NCBI GenBank assembly: GCA_964399285.1
Contig: CAYNQK010000002.1
Span: 512 to 64,511, forward strand
Length of the DNA: 64,000 bases
From: an uncultured Spirochaetales bacterium
Lineage (GTDB): Bacteria; Spirochaetota; Spirochaetia; Treponematales; JBGSOB01
Direction: 5' to 3'
In this document: positions 9,901 to 19,228 of the stretch, piece by piece
Layout: the number at the start of each line of letters is the position of its first letter
Position numbering within the stretch: the stretch's first letter is position 1
Notes under the pieces: generated by a model
Told to the model about the DNA's origin: nothing
Databases searched by the model: none
What the model saw: the letters and a program-made list of their open reading frames with translations, nothing else
Position numbers and translations under genes: made by a program

Positions 9901-9977
9901 TCGCCGCCGGCGGGAAGACGGCGCTCTCGGTCGGCCTCGACGAGGCCGAGCGCGCGTTCAAGACGCCCATCGCCTGA
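6936..9977 (+). CDS. purL: Phosphoribosylformylglycinamidine synthase subunit PurL with an extra N-terminal PurS-like region
   Basis: 1013-aa ORF. The canonical small-PurL core starts near TDVELEMIAQTWSEHCKHKLF and carries the AIR-synthase-like repeats (SPSALDPYGGA, GGLSSSLGEM, SGKDSMKND). About 230 additional N-terminal residues precede the core. Confidence 0.93.
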   Translation: MRIEIFYKPGVPDGRGGGIAGALPEGLRGHISRVAVADVIITDARAESSVLRSLFVDPVVQDCAIDEPFASRPEWSGFALLAEVAFKPGVTDTLAITAREAISHELGEEAVKGRTVQTAKQVLFWMDRAPSGEDIDAILASLHNPLIQRALAIGSAGWAAGERPLASYPAVHAEAQAACETFDLAAMDDSALEGLSRDRLLALSLPEMRAIKAHFSDPRTAEARKARGLPAEATDVELEMIAQTWSEHCKHKLFNARIIYREGDREETIDSIFKTYIRSVTEELAPRKPFLRSVFTDNAGVIAFDEETLVCIKAETHNSPSALDPYGGAITGIVGVNRDILGTGIGAKPIFNTNVLCFGRPRENREAVPKGVLHPREVMRGVHKGIIDGGNQSGIPTAAGAFLFDESFTGKPLVFCGTGGILPAKVNGEDGWKKRIRPGDLAIMLGGRIGKDGIHGATFSSLELSESSPVTAVQIGDPIIQKKMTDFLLEARDAGLYEGITDNGAGGLSSSLGEMSETSGGVRIDLDSCPLKYPGLAPWEILVSESQERMSLAVAPEKLDAFMALARKRDVEATVVGTFTGDGVIDIRAGGKAVGLLPLEFLHRGLPRIELEARWIPPEERASGAELASVADRKAVFLGILADPNVASKEALVRQYDHEVQALTVGKPFAGEHYDAPADGAVIKPRYSSWKGLTVTHGICPRFGDWDTERMARCAVDEAFRSHVAMGGDPEQASALDNSCWTDPVASPSNPDGPYKAAQLVRACRGLKNACLAYGLPLISGKDSMKNDSTLGGRRVSVRPTLLVTLMGIIGDVRKSLSSDFKAPGELIYLLGSTNGEMGGSAYERFLLDAARDPSAPTGGSVYGPSALGECPDVDLEASMALYRKFHAAAGGRLVRSAHDLSEGGLATAVFESCLGGRTGARIDVGALPGDYESKRNPADAVDRALFSESPGRLLVSVRPEDRERFETTMAGHPCKRIGETTAEPVIAFAAGGKTALSVGLDEAERAFKTPIA

Positions 9978-9993
9978 TCGGAGGAAGGATCGA

Positions 9994-10734
9994 ATGAAGG
10001 CCATCGTCATCACGGGATACGGATTCAACTCCGACGCCGAGCTCGCCGAGGCGTTCTCGCTCGCGGGCGCGGACGCCCGCCGCGTCCACGTCGCGGACCT
10101 GGTCGAGCGTCCCGAGCTCATCAGGGACGCGGGCGTGCTCGGATTCCCCGGGGGCTTCTCCTTCGGCGACCACCTCGGCTCGGGGAAGGAGATCGCGAAC
10201 CTCCTCAGGAAATCCGCGAAGGAAGAGCTCGAGCGCTTCGTGGGCGAAGGCAAGCCCCTCATCGGGATCTGCAACGGCTTCCAGGTCATCGCCAAGCTCG
10301 GGATCGTGCCGAACGCCTCGGGGAACTGGGAGCCCGAGGCGTCGCTCATCCACAACGAGGGCGGCGCCTTCATCGACGACTGGATCCGCGTCGAGGCCGA
10401 GCCCGGGAGCCCCTGCGTCTGGACGGAGGGCCTTCCGCCGCTCGAGCTCCCCATCCGCCACGGGGAGGGCCGCTTCGTCGCCGCGGACGAGGCACGCCTC
10501 GACGCGCTCGAATCGCGAGGCCTCGTCGCGCTCCGCTACGCGGGGCGAAACCCGAACGGCTCCAGCCGCGCGATCGCCGGCGTCACCGATCCCTCCGGCA
10601 TGGTCCTGGGCCTCATGCCCCATCCGGAATGCTTCATCTGGCCGGAGCACCATCCGCGCTGGCGCCGAGAGCGGATCCTCGCCACCGGGCTCGAGATCTT
10701 CAAGCGCGGCGTGGCGCGCGCTAAACGGGGCTGA
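9994..10734 (+). CDS. purQ: Phosphoribosylformylglycinamidine synthase glutaminase subunit PurQ
   Basis: 246-aa ORF with GGAGGAAGG upstream. Class-I amidotransferase triad context (GICNGFQ, MPHPE). It lies immediately downstream of purL. Confidence 0.93.
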   Translation: MKAIVITGYGFNSDAELAEAFSLAGADARRVHVADLVERPELIRDAGVLGFPGGFSFGDHLGSGKEIANLLRKSAKEELERFVGEGKPLIGICNGFQVIAKLGIVPNASGNWEPEASLIHNEGGAFIDDWIRVEAEPGSPCVWTEGLPPLELPIRHGEGRFVAADEARLDALESRGLVALRYAGRNPNGSSRAIAGVTDPSGMVLGLMPHPECFIWPEHHPRWRRERILATGLEIFKRGVARAKRG

Positions 10735-10876
10735 TCGCCGTCCGGACCGCGCCGCCGCCGCCCCGTAGGCCGTCACGGGCGCCGACCGCCCGCGAGCGGC
10801 CCGTGAACCCGCCGAAAGGCCGTCCGGCCGGCTCGGGGTCTCCGGGCGAGGCCCGGAAATCCTCCCGGAACCGGGC

Positions 10877-12064
10877 ATGACAGACCGCCGGGGAAGGGTT
10901 ATAATGCTCTCCAGCGGAAGACGGATGGAAGAAGACAAGAAACCCTCGGAAGAAGGCGAGCCCGTCAGCGAGGGCCTATTCGATGACGCTTCCCCGACGG
11001 CCGTCGGCGACGAGGCTATCCAGAGCCTCTGTGACGCCTACGAGAAGCAGATATTCGATCTCAAGCAGCTCCTCGAGATCTCGAAGAGCCTCAACTCCAC
11101 CCTGGACTACAATATCCTCATCGACTCGATCCTCTACACCATCATGGGGCAGATGAAGGTCCTCAAGGCCGGGCTCTTCGCCAAGAAGGGGCTGGATTCT
11201 CCCGTCTTCACCCTCCATCGCAATTACAAGGGCTTCGAGCTCGCGCACGACGTCGAGTACCACATCGACGAGGAGCATCCGCTCATCCGCCTCTTCCAGC
11301 AGGATTACGCCTGCTACACCATGGAGGACCTCCGCGCGAAGCTCGGCTCCTTCGACGGCCTCGACTCCCTCGCGGGGCTGGAACCCACCCTGATCGTCCC
11401 GCTCAAGGCAAAGGGCTCCATCAACGGCATCATCGTCCTCGGGGAGCAGATCGAGACCGACGTCTTCACCGAGTACGAGAAGGAGTACGTGCTCAACATC
11501 GCGGTGCTCGCGGCCATCGCCATAAACAACGCCTTCCTCTTCGAGATGACCACCACCGACATGATGACCAAGCTCCGCATGAAGCACTACTTCTACACCG
11601 TGCTCCTAGAGCGGATGGAGCAGTCGGTGGGATCGGGCCTCCCGCTCTCCGTCATCATGATGGACATCGACTACTTCAAGAAATTCAACGACACCTACGG
11701 GCATTCCTGCGGCGACGCCGTCCTCAAGCAGGTGGCGAAAATCGTCCAGTCCGTCATCCGCTCCAACGATCTCGCCGCGCGCTACGGCGGCGAGGAGTTC
11801 GTCGTCCTCCTCCCGGAGACCGATCTCGGCGACGCGGGCCTCATCGCCGAGCGCATCAGGGTCGCCATCCAGGATTTCGTGCTCGATTACGAGGGGCTCT
11901 CGCTCTCCATAACCATCTCCCTCGGCGTCGCCCAGTACGACGCCGCCCGCGACATCACCGGGAAGTCCGTCATCGACAGGGCGGACAGGGCCCTCTACAT
12001 GTCGAAATCCGCGGGCCGCAACAGGGTGAGCCTCGCGGACGAGACTTCCTACTCCCGCTCCTGA
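10877..12064 (+). CDS. GAF-domain diguanylate cyclase (GGDEF)
   Basis: The 395-aa ORF has a GAF-like N-terminal half and a GGDEF domain with an intact GGEEF active site. An RxxD I-site (RSND) lies 5 residues upstream of GGEEF. An alternative ATG at 10904 has a better SD (GGGAAGGG). Confidence 0.88.
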   Translation: MTDRRGRVIMLSSGRRMEEDKKPSEEGEPVSEGLFDDASPTAVGDEAIQSLCDAYEKQIFDLKQLLEISKSLNSTLDYNILIDSILYTIMGQMKVLKAGLFAKKGLDSPVFTLHRNYKGFELAHDVEYHIDEEHPLIRLFQQDYACYTMEDLRAKLGSFDGLDSLAGLEPTLIVPLKAKGSINGIIVLGEQIETDVFTEYEKEYVLNIAVLAAIAINNAFLFEMTTTDMMTKLRMKHYFYTVLLERMEQSVGSGLPLSVIMMDIDYFKKFNDTYGHSCGDAVLKQVAKIVQSVIRSNDLAARYGGEEFVVLLPETDLGDAGLIAERIRVAIQDFVLDYEGLSLSITISLGVAQYDAARDITGKSVIDRADRALYMSKSAGRNRVSLADETSYSRS

Positions 12065-12078
12065 GACGGGGCCGTTCC

Positions 12079-13644
12079 ATGGAATCTTGGACCGTCCAGA
12101 CGCTCGATGAAGACCCGAGGGCCGCCGCCGCCGCCGCCGCGCTCGGGCGGGGCCTCGCCCTCCTCGGCGCGTCCATCGCCGCCGCCCCCTCCTCAGGCGA
12201 CGGACCCGTCGCCATCCTCAACTTCGGATCGGGCGCGGAGCATGCATGGTCATGGCGCAGGTCGCCCGATCGCATCGAGATCTTCTCGGATTCCATCGAC
12301 GCCCTGCCCTGGGCCGTCTACGATTTCCTCGAGGCGTCCGGCCTGGCCCTCCCCCTCGAGAACGCGAAACCCCGAACGAGCGGACCCGCTTTCGACAAGG
12401 CGAGCGCGCGGAGGATAGCGGCGGCTCCCGAACGGATCGCCGTCTTTTCCTCTGACGCCGAGGGCGACCTCGTCGAGCGCGCGGAATCGCGGGCCTTCTC
12501 CGCCATCGCCACGGAGGGCACGGAGCTCGATCTCGGCGACTACGGGGAACCGTCCGATATCCTCGAGCGGCTCGAAGCGGAAGCGCGCGCCGACGCATGC
12601 CCCGCGGCTACGATCCTCTGCGATCCCGAAACGGCGGTTCGCATCGTGGGCGCGGCCAGCTCGGCGTCCGAAGGACGGTGGGCGATGGCGATCCGCGGGC
12701 TCAGGCTCGCCATCGACGACAGGTGCCGGTGCCGCGGGCACGCCCTCGGCGACGCGACCTGCGAACGCAACGCCCCGTTCAGGAGCGCGGCGCTCCGCGA
12801 GGCCCTTCGCGGCTGGAACGCGGTCGGCGGCGGGAGCGCGGCGATCCGGCTCGGTTACGGCGACGAACGGGCGTTCGGCGTCCAGCCCCCGCTCCTTCCT
12901 TCGCTCGCGGGCGCGGACGTCGAGCACGCGATATCGATGGGCTTCGACGGCGCGGAGCTCCGCATGCCCTCGCGCTCCGTCGACCGGCCGGACGCCAACG
13001 CCTGGGCCTTCTCGCGCGCCTGCTTCTCTTCCCCCCGCGACCTCCGCGAATTCGTCCGATCATCATTCGGTACCGCCTCCTCGGCCGATTCCGAGGACGC
13101 GATGATCTCCTATTACCGGGACATCGAGGAAGCCTGGCGCCTCGTCCTCGCCCGCGACAGCGCTCCAGAGGGAGAGGAGCGGTCGCTCCGGACGAGCCCG
13201 CTGGATCCGCGCGGCGACCCCGGGCCCTTCCATCGAATCGCCGCCGAACGTTATGACCGCGTGTACGCCTTCCTCGACTGCGCGAAGGCCTCGCTAGAAA
13301 AGTCCAGCGCTGAATACTCGGGTAGGCGCGGATGGGAAGCGGAGCGGTCGGCCTTCGTCCTCGCCTCCGCGGCCATAGAGGCCGCCGGAGCGCTCCGCGC
13401 GCTCTACGCGGGGATCGCATCGGACGAAGGGATCTCGAGGGACGTCTTCCTCATCGCGGACGAGACCGAACGGAGGCTCGAAGCCGCCGCGAGGGGGGCC
13501 GGAGGCGGTAAGGCCTACCTGGACCTCGCGAGGCGGACCTTCCGCCCTCCGCTCGAGGAAGCGCGGGAACTCCTGCCGAAGGGCCCCCTGGGAAGGATCG
13601 CCGCGGCCCTACGCCGCGCCGCGCGCGGGTCCGAGCCCTCCTGA
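12079..13644 (+). CDS. Hypothetical protein (Ala/Arg-rich, no recognisable domain)
   Basis: 521-aa ORF that starts 15 nt after the GGDEF stop. Coding status rests on length and position only. Its 3' end overlaps the convergent ykgJ-like gene by 36 nt. Confidence 0.45.
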   Translation: MESWTVQTLDEDPRAAAAAAALGRGLALLGASIAAAPSSGDGPVAILNFGSGAEHAWSWRRSPDRIEIFSDSIDALPWAVYDFLEASGLALPLENAKPRTSGPAFDKASARRIAAAPERIAVFSSDAEGDLVERAESRAFSAIATEGTELDLGDYGEPSDILERLEAEARADACPAATILCDPETAVRIVGAASSASEGRWAMAIRGLRLAIDDRCRCRGHALGDATCERNAPFRSAALREALRGWNAVGGGSAAIRLGYGDERAFGVQPPLLPSLAGADVEHAISMGFDGAELRMPSRSVDRPDANAWAFSRACFSSPRDLREFVRSSFGTASSADSEDAMISYYRDIEEAWRLVLARDSAPEGEERSLRTSPLDPRGDPGPFHRIAAERYDRVYAFLDCAKASLEKSSAEYSGRRGWEAERSAFVLASAAIEAAGALRALYAGIASDEGISRDVFLIADETERRLEAAARGAGGGKAYLDLARRTFRPPLEEARELLPKGPLGRIAAALRRAARGSEPS

Positions 13645-14310
13645 GAGCGGGCCCTCGCCGCCCGGATCGTTTCCCGGGCTTCCGCCGAACCTGAGGATGA
13701 GCGTCAGCTTGGCGAGCGCCTTCGCTACGGCTCCGCCCAGGCCCTCGCGGCCTCCCCCCGGCGAGAGCGCCGCGACGCGCGCGCCGTAGTCCGCCATGAC
13801 GGGAGGATCGGCGATCTCGAAGAAATCGCCATCCCCCTCGCGCCATTTCCGCGGCCCGGAGTGGCTCCTGTCCATCGCGAAGCAGAGCGCGAAGCTCTTC
13901 TCGCCGTCCGCCCCGCGAAGCGCGGAGAACCCGAAGAGGCGGCAGATGAGGCCGCGTCCAGGATAGACCTTGCATCGCCCGGAACCGGACCGGTCCCAGA
14001 ATGGACATCCCGCCCCGTCGGGCGATCGGTACTCTCCGTCGGCGGTCCCTCGCGGAATCGCCGCTTCCGGGTCCGCTCCCGATTCGATGATCCAAGCGGC
14101 CAGGTACAGCGCCTCCGCCTCGGTCGCGTCCGGTTCGAAGCCCTTGCAGCAGACGCCTCCGCAATCGGAGGAGCAGGCGATGCCGCTCATGAGCGAGAAG
14201 CGCGCGGTCGCGGCTTCCGCCTCGAGGTATATCCCGTGGAGGGCGTTTATCGTCTCGGCCGCCGAGCTGCCGCGGAGGCGCTCGATGAGCGGGGGGTCCT
14301 TCGCTACCAT
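13609..14310 (-). CDS. YkgJ-family cysteine-cluster protein (putative Zn/Fe-chelating, UPF0153)
   Basis: 233-aa ORF with ACSSDCGGVCCKGF plus downstream CPF...GRCKVY...ICRLFG cysteines, characteristic of the CxxCxxCC family. It is the last gene of the long minus-strand operon. Confidence 0.7.
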   Translation of the reverse strand: MVAKDPPLIERLRGSSAAETINALHGIYLEAEAATARFSLMSGIACSSDCGGVCCKGFEPDATEAEALYLAAWIIESGADPEAAIPRGTADGEYRSPDGAGCPFWDRSGSGRCKVYPGRGLICRLFGFSALRGADGEKSFALCFAMDRSHSGPRKWREGDGDFFEIADPPVMADYGARVAALSPGGGREGLGGAVAKALAKLTLILRFGGSPGNDPGGEGPLSGGLGPARGAA

Positions 14311-14317
14311 GCCGTCC

Positions 14318-15658
14318 TCAAAACTCCGCCGAAATCCCGAGTCCGATGCCGGCGCCGAAACCGAAGGCCGAGAGGAAGGAGGCGCGCTCGTCGTCCTCCT
14401 CGAACTTTTCCTGGTAGTACTCTCGGTTGCGGCCGTAGTTCACCGGGAAGGCGAGGTTGAGCTTAACGTGGTTCCAGAGCGGATGGCTGAAGCCCGCCTG
14501 GGCGCTACCGGATGCCTCGGTGAAGGAATGGGCCCAGCGGAGGCCGAAATCCAGGTCCCCGATCAGGTTGGCCCAGGCGAACTGCACGCAGGCCGCGTGG
14601 TTGTATCCCGCCTTCTCGTACGAGGCGGGGTCGGCGGCCCAGAGGAGATATCGTTCCGAATCGAAGAGGTATTCCGCGTTGAGGATGATTCCCGGGCCCT
14701 TCCATTCCTTGAAGAATCCCGCCATGGCCGCGGGGAAGAAGACCGCGCCCCCGACGTCCTTGTAGCCGAGCGACGCCTCTCCCACCAGGTCCACGCCCAT
14801 GATCACGGTCTTGAGGCTCATGGCCGCCCTCGCGCCGAGGTTCATCTGGGCGCCGCCCATGACGGAGAGCTGAACGCCGCCGAGCACGATATCGAGCTTC
14901 GCCGCTGAATACAGCATTTCTAGGCTCGGCGAATCGTAGAGGGCGGTGTTCGCGGCGACGATCCCCGTGAGCCCGCCGAGCAGGGTGGGAAAGGCGAGCC
15001 GCGCGTTCACGGTACCGTCCGCCCAAGACGCGAGGTTGGCGGGGGAGAAGATCCTTCCGTTCCCCCACGTGACCTTGCTCTGCCCGATGCGGAGCAGGGC
15101 GATGTCGCCGAGCGAGACGTCCGCGAAGAGCTCCTTGAGATAGAACTCCGTAAAGGAGAATTCCGATCCCAGGCGGGCTCCGACCTGGGCGTAGAAGCGG
15201 AAGTCGGGGTCGGGACTCGCGTCGATGCCGAGGAGCGCCTCCATGCTCGCTCCCGGTTGGTAGAAGAACCCGTTCGAGAGGTCGTTGAAATCGGGGACGT
15301 CCGTCCATCCGCAGGTCAAGCCCGCGGATGAATAGAACGAACCTCGGAAACTGATCCCCTTCTTCTCCTTGAGCCGGTCGAGGACGCTGCCGCCTTCGCC
15401 GTCCCCCGCGGCCTGGCCGTCGTCAGCGGGCTTCCCGTCCGCCGGTTCCTCGGCCTCGCCGCCTTCCGCGGAAGAATCGGCGGGATCGTCGAAGAGCCCG
15501 TCCAGGCCATCATCCGCGGAAACGGCGGGCGTTCCGTCCGCTGCCGGAGCCGGCTCCTCAGCCGGCGCGCGACCCGCCGCGACTACGATGAGCGCCGCGA
15601 TGAGCGCGAACGCCCTGGCGCGCGGGAGCCGCCCCGCCGCGGCTATTCTCCCGATCAT
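14318..15658 (-). CDS. Predicted outer-membrane beta-barrel protein (alginate-export/Wzi-like signature)
   Basis: I place the start at the ATG at 15658, giving an ATGA overlap with the upstream stop. Signal peptide (RARAFALIAALIVVAAGRAPA), an acidic linker, alternating beta-strand-like sequence, and a C-terminal aromatic residue (ISAEF). The motif LLRIGQSKVTWGNGRIFSPANL resembles the RxGRQxxxWGxGR motif of AlgE/Wzi-type barrels. Confidence 0.6.
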   Translation of the reverse strand: MIGRIAAAGRLPRARAFALIAALIVVAAGRAPAEEPAPAADGTPAVSADDGLDGLFDDPADSSAEGGEAEEPADGKPADDGQAAGDGEGGSVLDRLKEKKGISFRGSFYSSAGLTCGWTDVPDFNDLSNGFFYQPGASMEALLGIDASPDPDFRFYAQVGARLGSEFSFTEFYLKELFADVSLGDIALLRIGQSKVTWGNGRIFSPANLASWADGTVNARLAFPTLLGGLTGIVAANTALYDSPSLEMLYSAAKLDIVLGGVQLSVMGGAQMNLGARAAMSLKTVIMGVDLVGEASLGYKDVGGAVFFPAAMAGFFKEWKGPGIILNAEYLFDSERYLLWAADPASYEKAGYNHAACVQFAWANLIGDLDFGLRWAHSFTEASGSAQAGFSHPLWNHVKLNLAFPVNYGRNREYYQEKFEEDDERASFLSAFGFGAGIGLGISAEF

Positions 15659-16446
15659 CGGTTCACCTTCTCGAGGTATTCCTTCGTGAACATGATGTCG
15701 GGGAGCTTCTCGAGGGAAATCTTGCTGAGAGTCACCGTCGTCCTCTCGTATTGGGTCTTCCCGTTGACGACTTTCGACTTGAGGTGATCGAGCACTACCA
15801 GGGTCGAGGGGACCTGCGTCGCTCCCTTCTTCTGATACGCCGGTATCGCCGTCGTCCTCATGAGCTTCCCGGAGAGGCTGTAGTCCTCGTATTTCCTGAG
15901 GAGGCCGTCCGTCGAAATCCAAATCCGCTTCTTGGGGTAGGCGACGCGGTCGTTCCGCGCCTCGAGGTCGAGCACGTCGCATTCGTAGGCGCCCAGCTTC
16001 TCCCGCTTCGAGGCCGCGACCCGGTAATCCTTGGCGAGCGTCGATCCCGAGAAATCGGAGTTGCTCGCGCCCGTCCCCTCGAAGCGCTCCTTGGCGCTCG
16101 AGAAGGTGAACCGCCTGCCGACGGGATCGTAGAGCCAGACCGAGTCGTCCATCTTGAGATAGCCCTTGCCCTTGTCGATCTCGGGTTCTAGGACGAGGAT
16201 CAGGTACTGCCCCTTCCTGTCGCGCCTGAACAGGGCGGCGACGGTCGTGGACGTTCCGCCTCCGGGGCTCGACTGCTCCACCCGGATCTCGGCCGAGAGA
16301 TCCTCGGCGTCGAAGGTGAGGAGGTCGTCGACGGCCGCGAGGAGCTTGGCCCGATCGTCCGGCCCGTCCTGCGCCGAGAGCGCCGCGCTTCGCGCCGAGA
16401 GCGCCGCGCAGATGAGCGCGGTCGCCGCTATCCTGATCGCTTTCAT
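15655..16446 (-). CDS. LolA-like outer-membrane lipoprotein-sorting protein family
   Basis: Start at the ATG at 16446 (ATGA overlap with the upstream stop). Signal peptide MKAIRIAATALICAALSA. A ~240-aa body resembles the LolA_like/DUF4367 family (DDSVWLYDP, RIWISTDGLLRKYEDYS). That family is usually found next to FtsX-type permeases. Confidence 0.65.
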   Translation of the reverse strand: MKAIRIAATALICAALSARSAALSAQDGPDDRAKLLAAVDDLLTFDAEDLSAEIRVEQSSPGGGTSTTVAALFRRDRKGQYLILVLEPEIDKGKGYLKMDDSVWLYDPVGRRFTFSSAKERFEGTGASNSDFSGSTLAKDYRVAASKREKLGAYECDVLDLEARNDRVAYPKKRIWISTDGLLRKYEDYSLSGKLMRTTAIPAYQKKGATQVPSTLVVLDHLKSKVVNGKTQYERTTVTLSKISLEKLPDIMFTKEYLEKVNR

Positions 16447-17729
16447 GATGCCCCCGTACCCATAGCGAGCGCCGGTTCCGTTCGAGCGGCCTTGAGCGCC
16501 GGCCCGGTCGACGCTAGGAGCGAAATCGCCGTGATGATGGCGGCGTTGAGGGCCAGGAGGCCCGTATCGAGCTGGAAGCGGACGCGGCCCTTCTCCAGGA
16601 ACATGGCCGCGCCCTGAATCGACCCCAGGTCGATGGCGGAGAACCCCGCGAGCGCGAGGCATCCCAGCGCCAAACCGGCCGCCAGGCTCGCCGCCGTCAG
16701 GAAGAGCGTTTCCATGAGGAAGAGCCCCGCCACGGCCGGCCTCGTGGCGCCGAGGGCGCGCATCGCGCCGATCTCCCTGGTCCGTTCCCGCACGAGAATC
16801 CTGATGGTATTGGAAATTCCCACGGCTATGATCACAAGAAACACCACGAGGACGACGTACGTTACCCCGAGGAAGGCCCCGATGATGTCTCGCACCTGCT
16901 TCAAGTGGGCGTCCACCGCGATGACCGGAAGGTGGTAGCCCGTATTCGCGCGAATCGAATTCGAAAGCTCCTCCTTCGAGCGGATCGGGTCCATGAGGGG
17001 GAGCCAGGACGCCGCCCGCTTCCTCACCGCCGATTCCGCCGCGCCCGAGCCCGTGCCGGGCCGCGCGAAGAGGGCGAGCTCGGTGACGAGATCCGGGTCG
17101 ACGCCCATGGCCTCGTTGAGCGCCCGCCTGTCGACATAGGACGCGTAGCCGAAGATCGCCGATTCGTCGAACACGCCGGAGACTACGAAGACCGCGAGGT
17201 TGTTCTGCCCGGATTTCGTAGTGATGAAGAGCGTCACGTCGTCGCCCGGCCCGGCCCTGAGCACCCGGGCGGCTTCCGCGCTGATGAGGATGCCGTCGGA
17301 GCGGGCGAGCCCCGAGGCGTCGCCCGCGAGGAATCGCATGCGTTCGAATTCCGCCTTCTCGAACGGGTAATCCACGCCGATGAGCCGCCGCTGGCGCATC
17401 GAATTGCCGTTGAAGTAGAGCTTCGCCTCCGTCTCGTACGAGACCGATCGCGGCGCGGCTCCCCGGAGCGCTCCTCCCGCGCTGCCGAGCCGCGCGATCA
17501 CGCCGAGGGAATCCCGGAGCCCGACGTCCCAGCCGTCGTACCCGAGGAGGGTCACGTGCCCGGAGAAGTAGCGCGCGGCCTTGTCGCTCATCGCGCCGAT
17601 CATGGAGCTCGCGGCGCCCGTTATGAGCGTCATGATCGCCATGGCGATGACCATCGCGGCGGCGATGAAGGAGTACTTCTTCCTCTGGGCGACGACGTTG
17701 CGCGCCGCGATCATCGCGTGGGCCCTCAT
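16443..17729 (-). CDS. ABC transporter permease, FtsX/MacB/LolC-E type
   Basis: Start at the ATG at 17729 (ATGA overlap). N-terminal TM, a ~250-aa periplasmic domain, then the FtsX signature VRERTREIGAMRALGATR and 3 C-terminal TMs. Confidence 0.85.
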   Translation of the reverse strand: MRAHAMIAARNVVAQRKKYSFIAAAMVIAMAIMTLITGAASSMIGAMSDKAARYFSGHVTLLGYDGWDVGLRDSLGVIARLGSAGGALRGAAPRSVSYETEAKLYFNGNSMRQRRLIGVDYPFEKAEFERMRFLAGDASGLARSDGILISAEAARVLRAGPGDDVTLFITTKSGQNNLAVFVVSGVFDESAIFGYASYVDRRALNEAMGVDPDLVTELALFARPGTGSGAAESAVRKRAASWLPLMDPIRSKEELSNSIRANTGYHLPVIAVDAHLKQVRDIIGAFLGVTYVVLVVFLVIIAVGISNTIRILVRERTREIGAMRALGATRPAVAGLFLMETLFLTAASLAAGLALGCLALAGFSAIDLGSIQGAAMFLEKGRVRFQLDTGLLALNAAIITAISLLASTGPALKAARTEPALAMGTGAS

Positions 17730-19228
17730 TCCTCTCTCATCGCCCTTCCGGGCTCGATGCCCGACGCGAGCCTCACGGGCACGATCCACGAGAGCGCCGC
17801 CACGGCGGCCACGAGCCCGGCCGCGAGCGCCGCGGAGGCCGGACCGATGGCGGGCATCAGGCGGCGGCTGCCGAACAGGGTCGCGAGGAGCTCGTTTTCG
17901 AGCGCTATCCCGCCCGATGCCCTGATCGCGAGCATGATCATGAGTCCGATGACGGCGCCCGCGAGGCCGGCCGCGACGGCGAGGAGCCCGGCTTCCGCGG
18001 CGAACTCGAGGGCCACGAAGGAACGCCGGGCGCCGAGGGCGCGCATCGTCCCGATCTCCTTGGTGCGCTCGATGACGGCGATGAAGAGGCTATTCATGAG
18101 GATGAGGGCCACGCCCGCCATGACGAAGGCGAGCCCGCCCGAGAGGAAGGCCTGGAGGATGAAGACCGTCTGCGCGGACATGCCGGCCGCCTTCCTCCAG
18201 CCGAGGAGGCGGTATTCCGTCCCGAGCCCCGCGAGGGCCTCTCGCGCCGCGTCGCGCAAAGCGCTCCGCGACGCGCCATCCTTCGCCCGGAGGATCACGT
18301 AGTTCCACGCGGAGTCGTCCGTCAGGCTCAGCTCCTCCCGCGCTTCGGAATCGGCGAGCCTCGCCTCCACGTCGGTTACGACGCTCACCTCGCCGCCTGC
18401 CGCTTCGGGGCCGCCCGATCCGGCCGGCGCCGCGCCCGAGAACAAATCATCAAGATCGTCCGCGCTCATTCCGCCCGGGCTCTCTTTCTGCGTCGCTTCT
18501 CCCGCGGGCGCTTCTCCTGCTCCGGTCCTCGAATACCCGAGGGTGAAGCCCGAGAGCGAACGGGCCGTCGTGGGATCGCAGAGAACGACCTTCTCGAAGC
18601 CCGAGGCCGGAGCCTCGTACTCGAATACCCCGGCGAGCCGCACCGGGCGGAGCTTGAAGCCCGTGTTGGAGAAGACGCTCAGCTGGAGGGTTTCGCCTAT
18701 AGAGAGCTCGCGGCCGAGGGCTCCGTTGGCTTCCCTCCACTTCGCCGCGTTCAGGAGCACCCAGCGTTCGTCGACGCCGGGCAGGGCTCCCGAGACGAGC
18801 CTGAGCCCGCGAAGCGCCCGGAAGTAGGCGCGAGCATCCGCGCCGAAAGCGAAGACCTGGCTATTGAAGCCTTCCGACTGCAGCACCGCCTGGGTCCCGA
18901 GGGCGGGAACCCTTTCCGCGATCCCGTCGACGCCCGAGAGGGCGGCGTCCAGCTCCCGATATCCCTCGAGGGCGGGCATGACGGCGTAGTCGCTCACGAT
19001 GGGCGTCTCGTCGCCGAACAGCCCCGATCCGGCTCCGGCGGCGGGGAGAACGGCGAAATCGCCCGTGAGCCCTCCCGCGTAGGCGGCCTCGAGCCGTTCG
19101 CTCGACGTCTCCATCAGTCCCGCGGAGAGCACGACGACCGAAGTCCCGGCGGCCATGATGGCGCCGATGAGGAGGCTCCGTACCTTGTTACGCCCCAGAT
19201 TGAGCAGGGCGAACCTGAGTATCCTCAC
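17726..19228 (-). CDS. ABC transporter permease, FtsX/MacB/LolC-E type
   Basis: 500-aa ORF with a GTG start at 19228 (GTGA overlap). N terminus LLNLGRNKVRSLL, a large periplasmic domain, then IERTKEIGTMRALGARR and C-terminal TMs. Confidence 0.85.
   Translation of the reverse strand: MRILRFALLNLGRNKVRSLLIGAIMAAGTSVVVLSAGLMETSSERLEAAYAGGLTGDFAVLPAAGAGSGLFGDETPIVSDYAVMPALEGYRELDAALSGVDGIAERVPALGTQAVLQSEGFNSQVFAFGADARAYFRALRGLRLVSGALPGVDERWVLLNAAKWREANGALGRELSIGETLQLSVFSNTGFKLRPVRLAGVFEYEAPASGFEKVVLCDPTTARSLSGFTLGYSRTGAGEAPAGEATQKESPGGMSADDLDDLFSGAAPAGSGGPEAAGGEVSVVTDVEARLADSEAREELSLTDDSAWNYVILRAKDGASRSALRDAAREALAGLGTEYRLLGWRKAAGMSAQTVFILQAFLSGGLAFVMAGVALILMNSLFIAVIERTKEIGTMRALGARRSFVALEFAAEAGLLAVAAGLAGAVIGLMIMLAIRASGGIALENELLATLFGSRRLMPAIGPASAALAAGLVAAVAALSWIVPVRLASGIEPGRAMREE

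Noticed and set aside
10735-10876. GC-rich inverted repeats (for example CACGGGC...GCCCGTG) after purQ, considered as a possible terminator.
   Set aside because: The loop is long (about 18 nt) and no U tract follows. Many such imperfect repeats occur by chance in GC-rich spacers.
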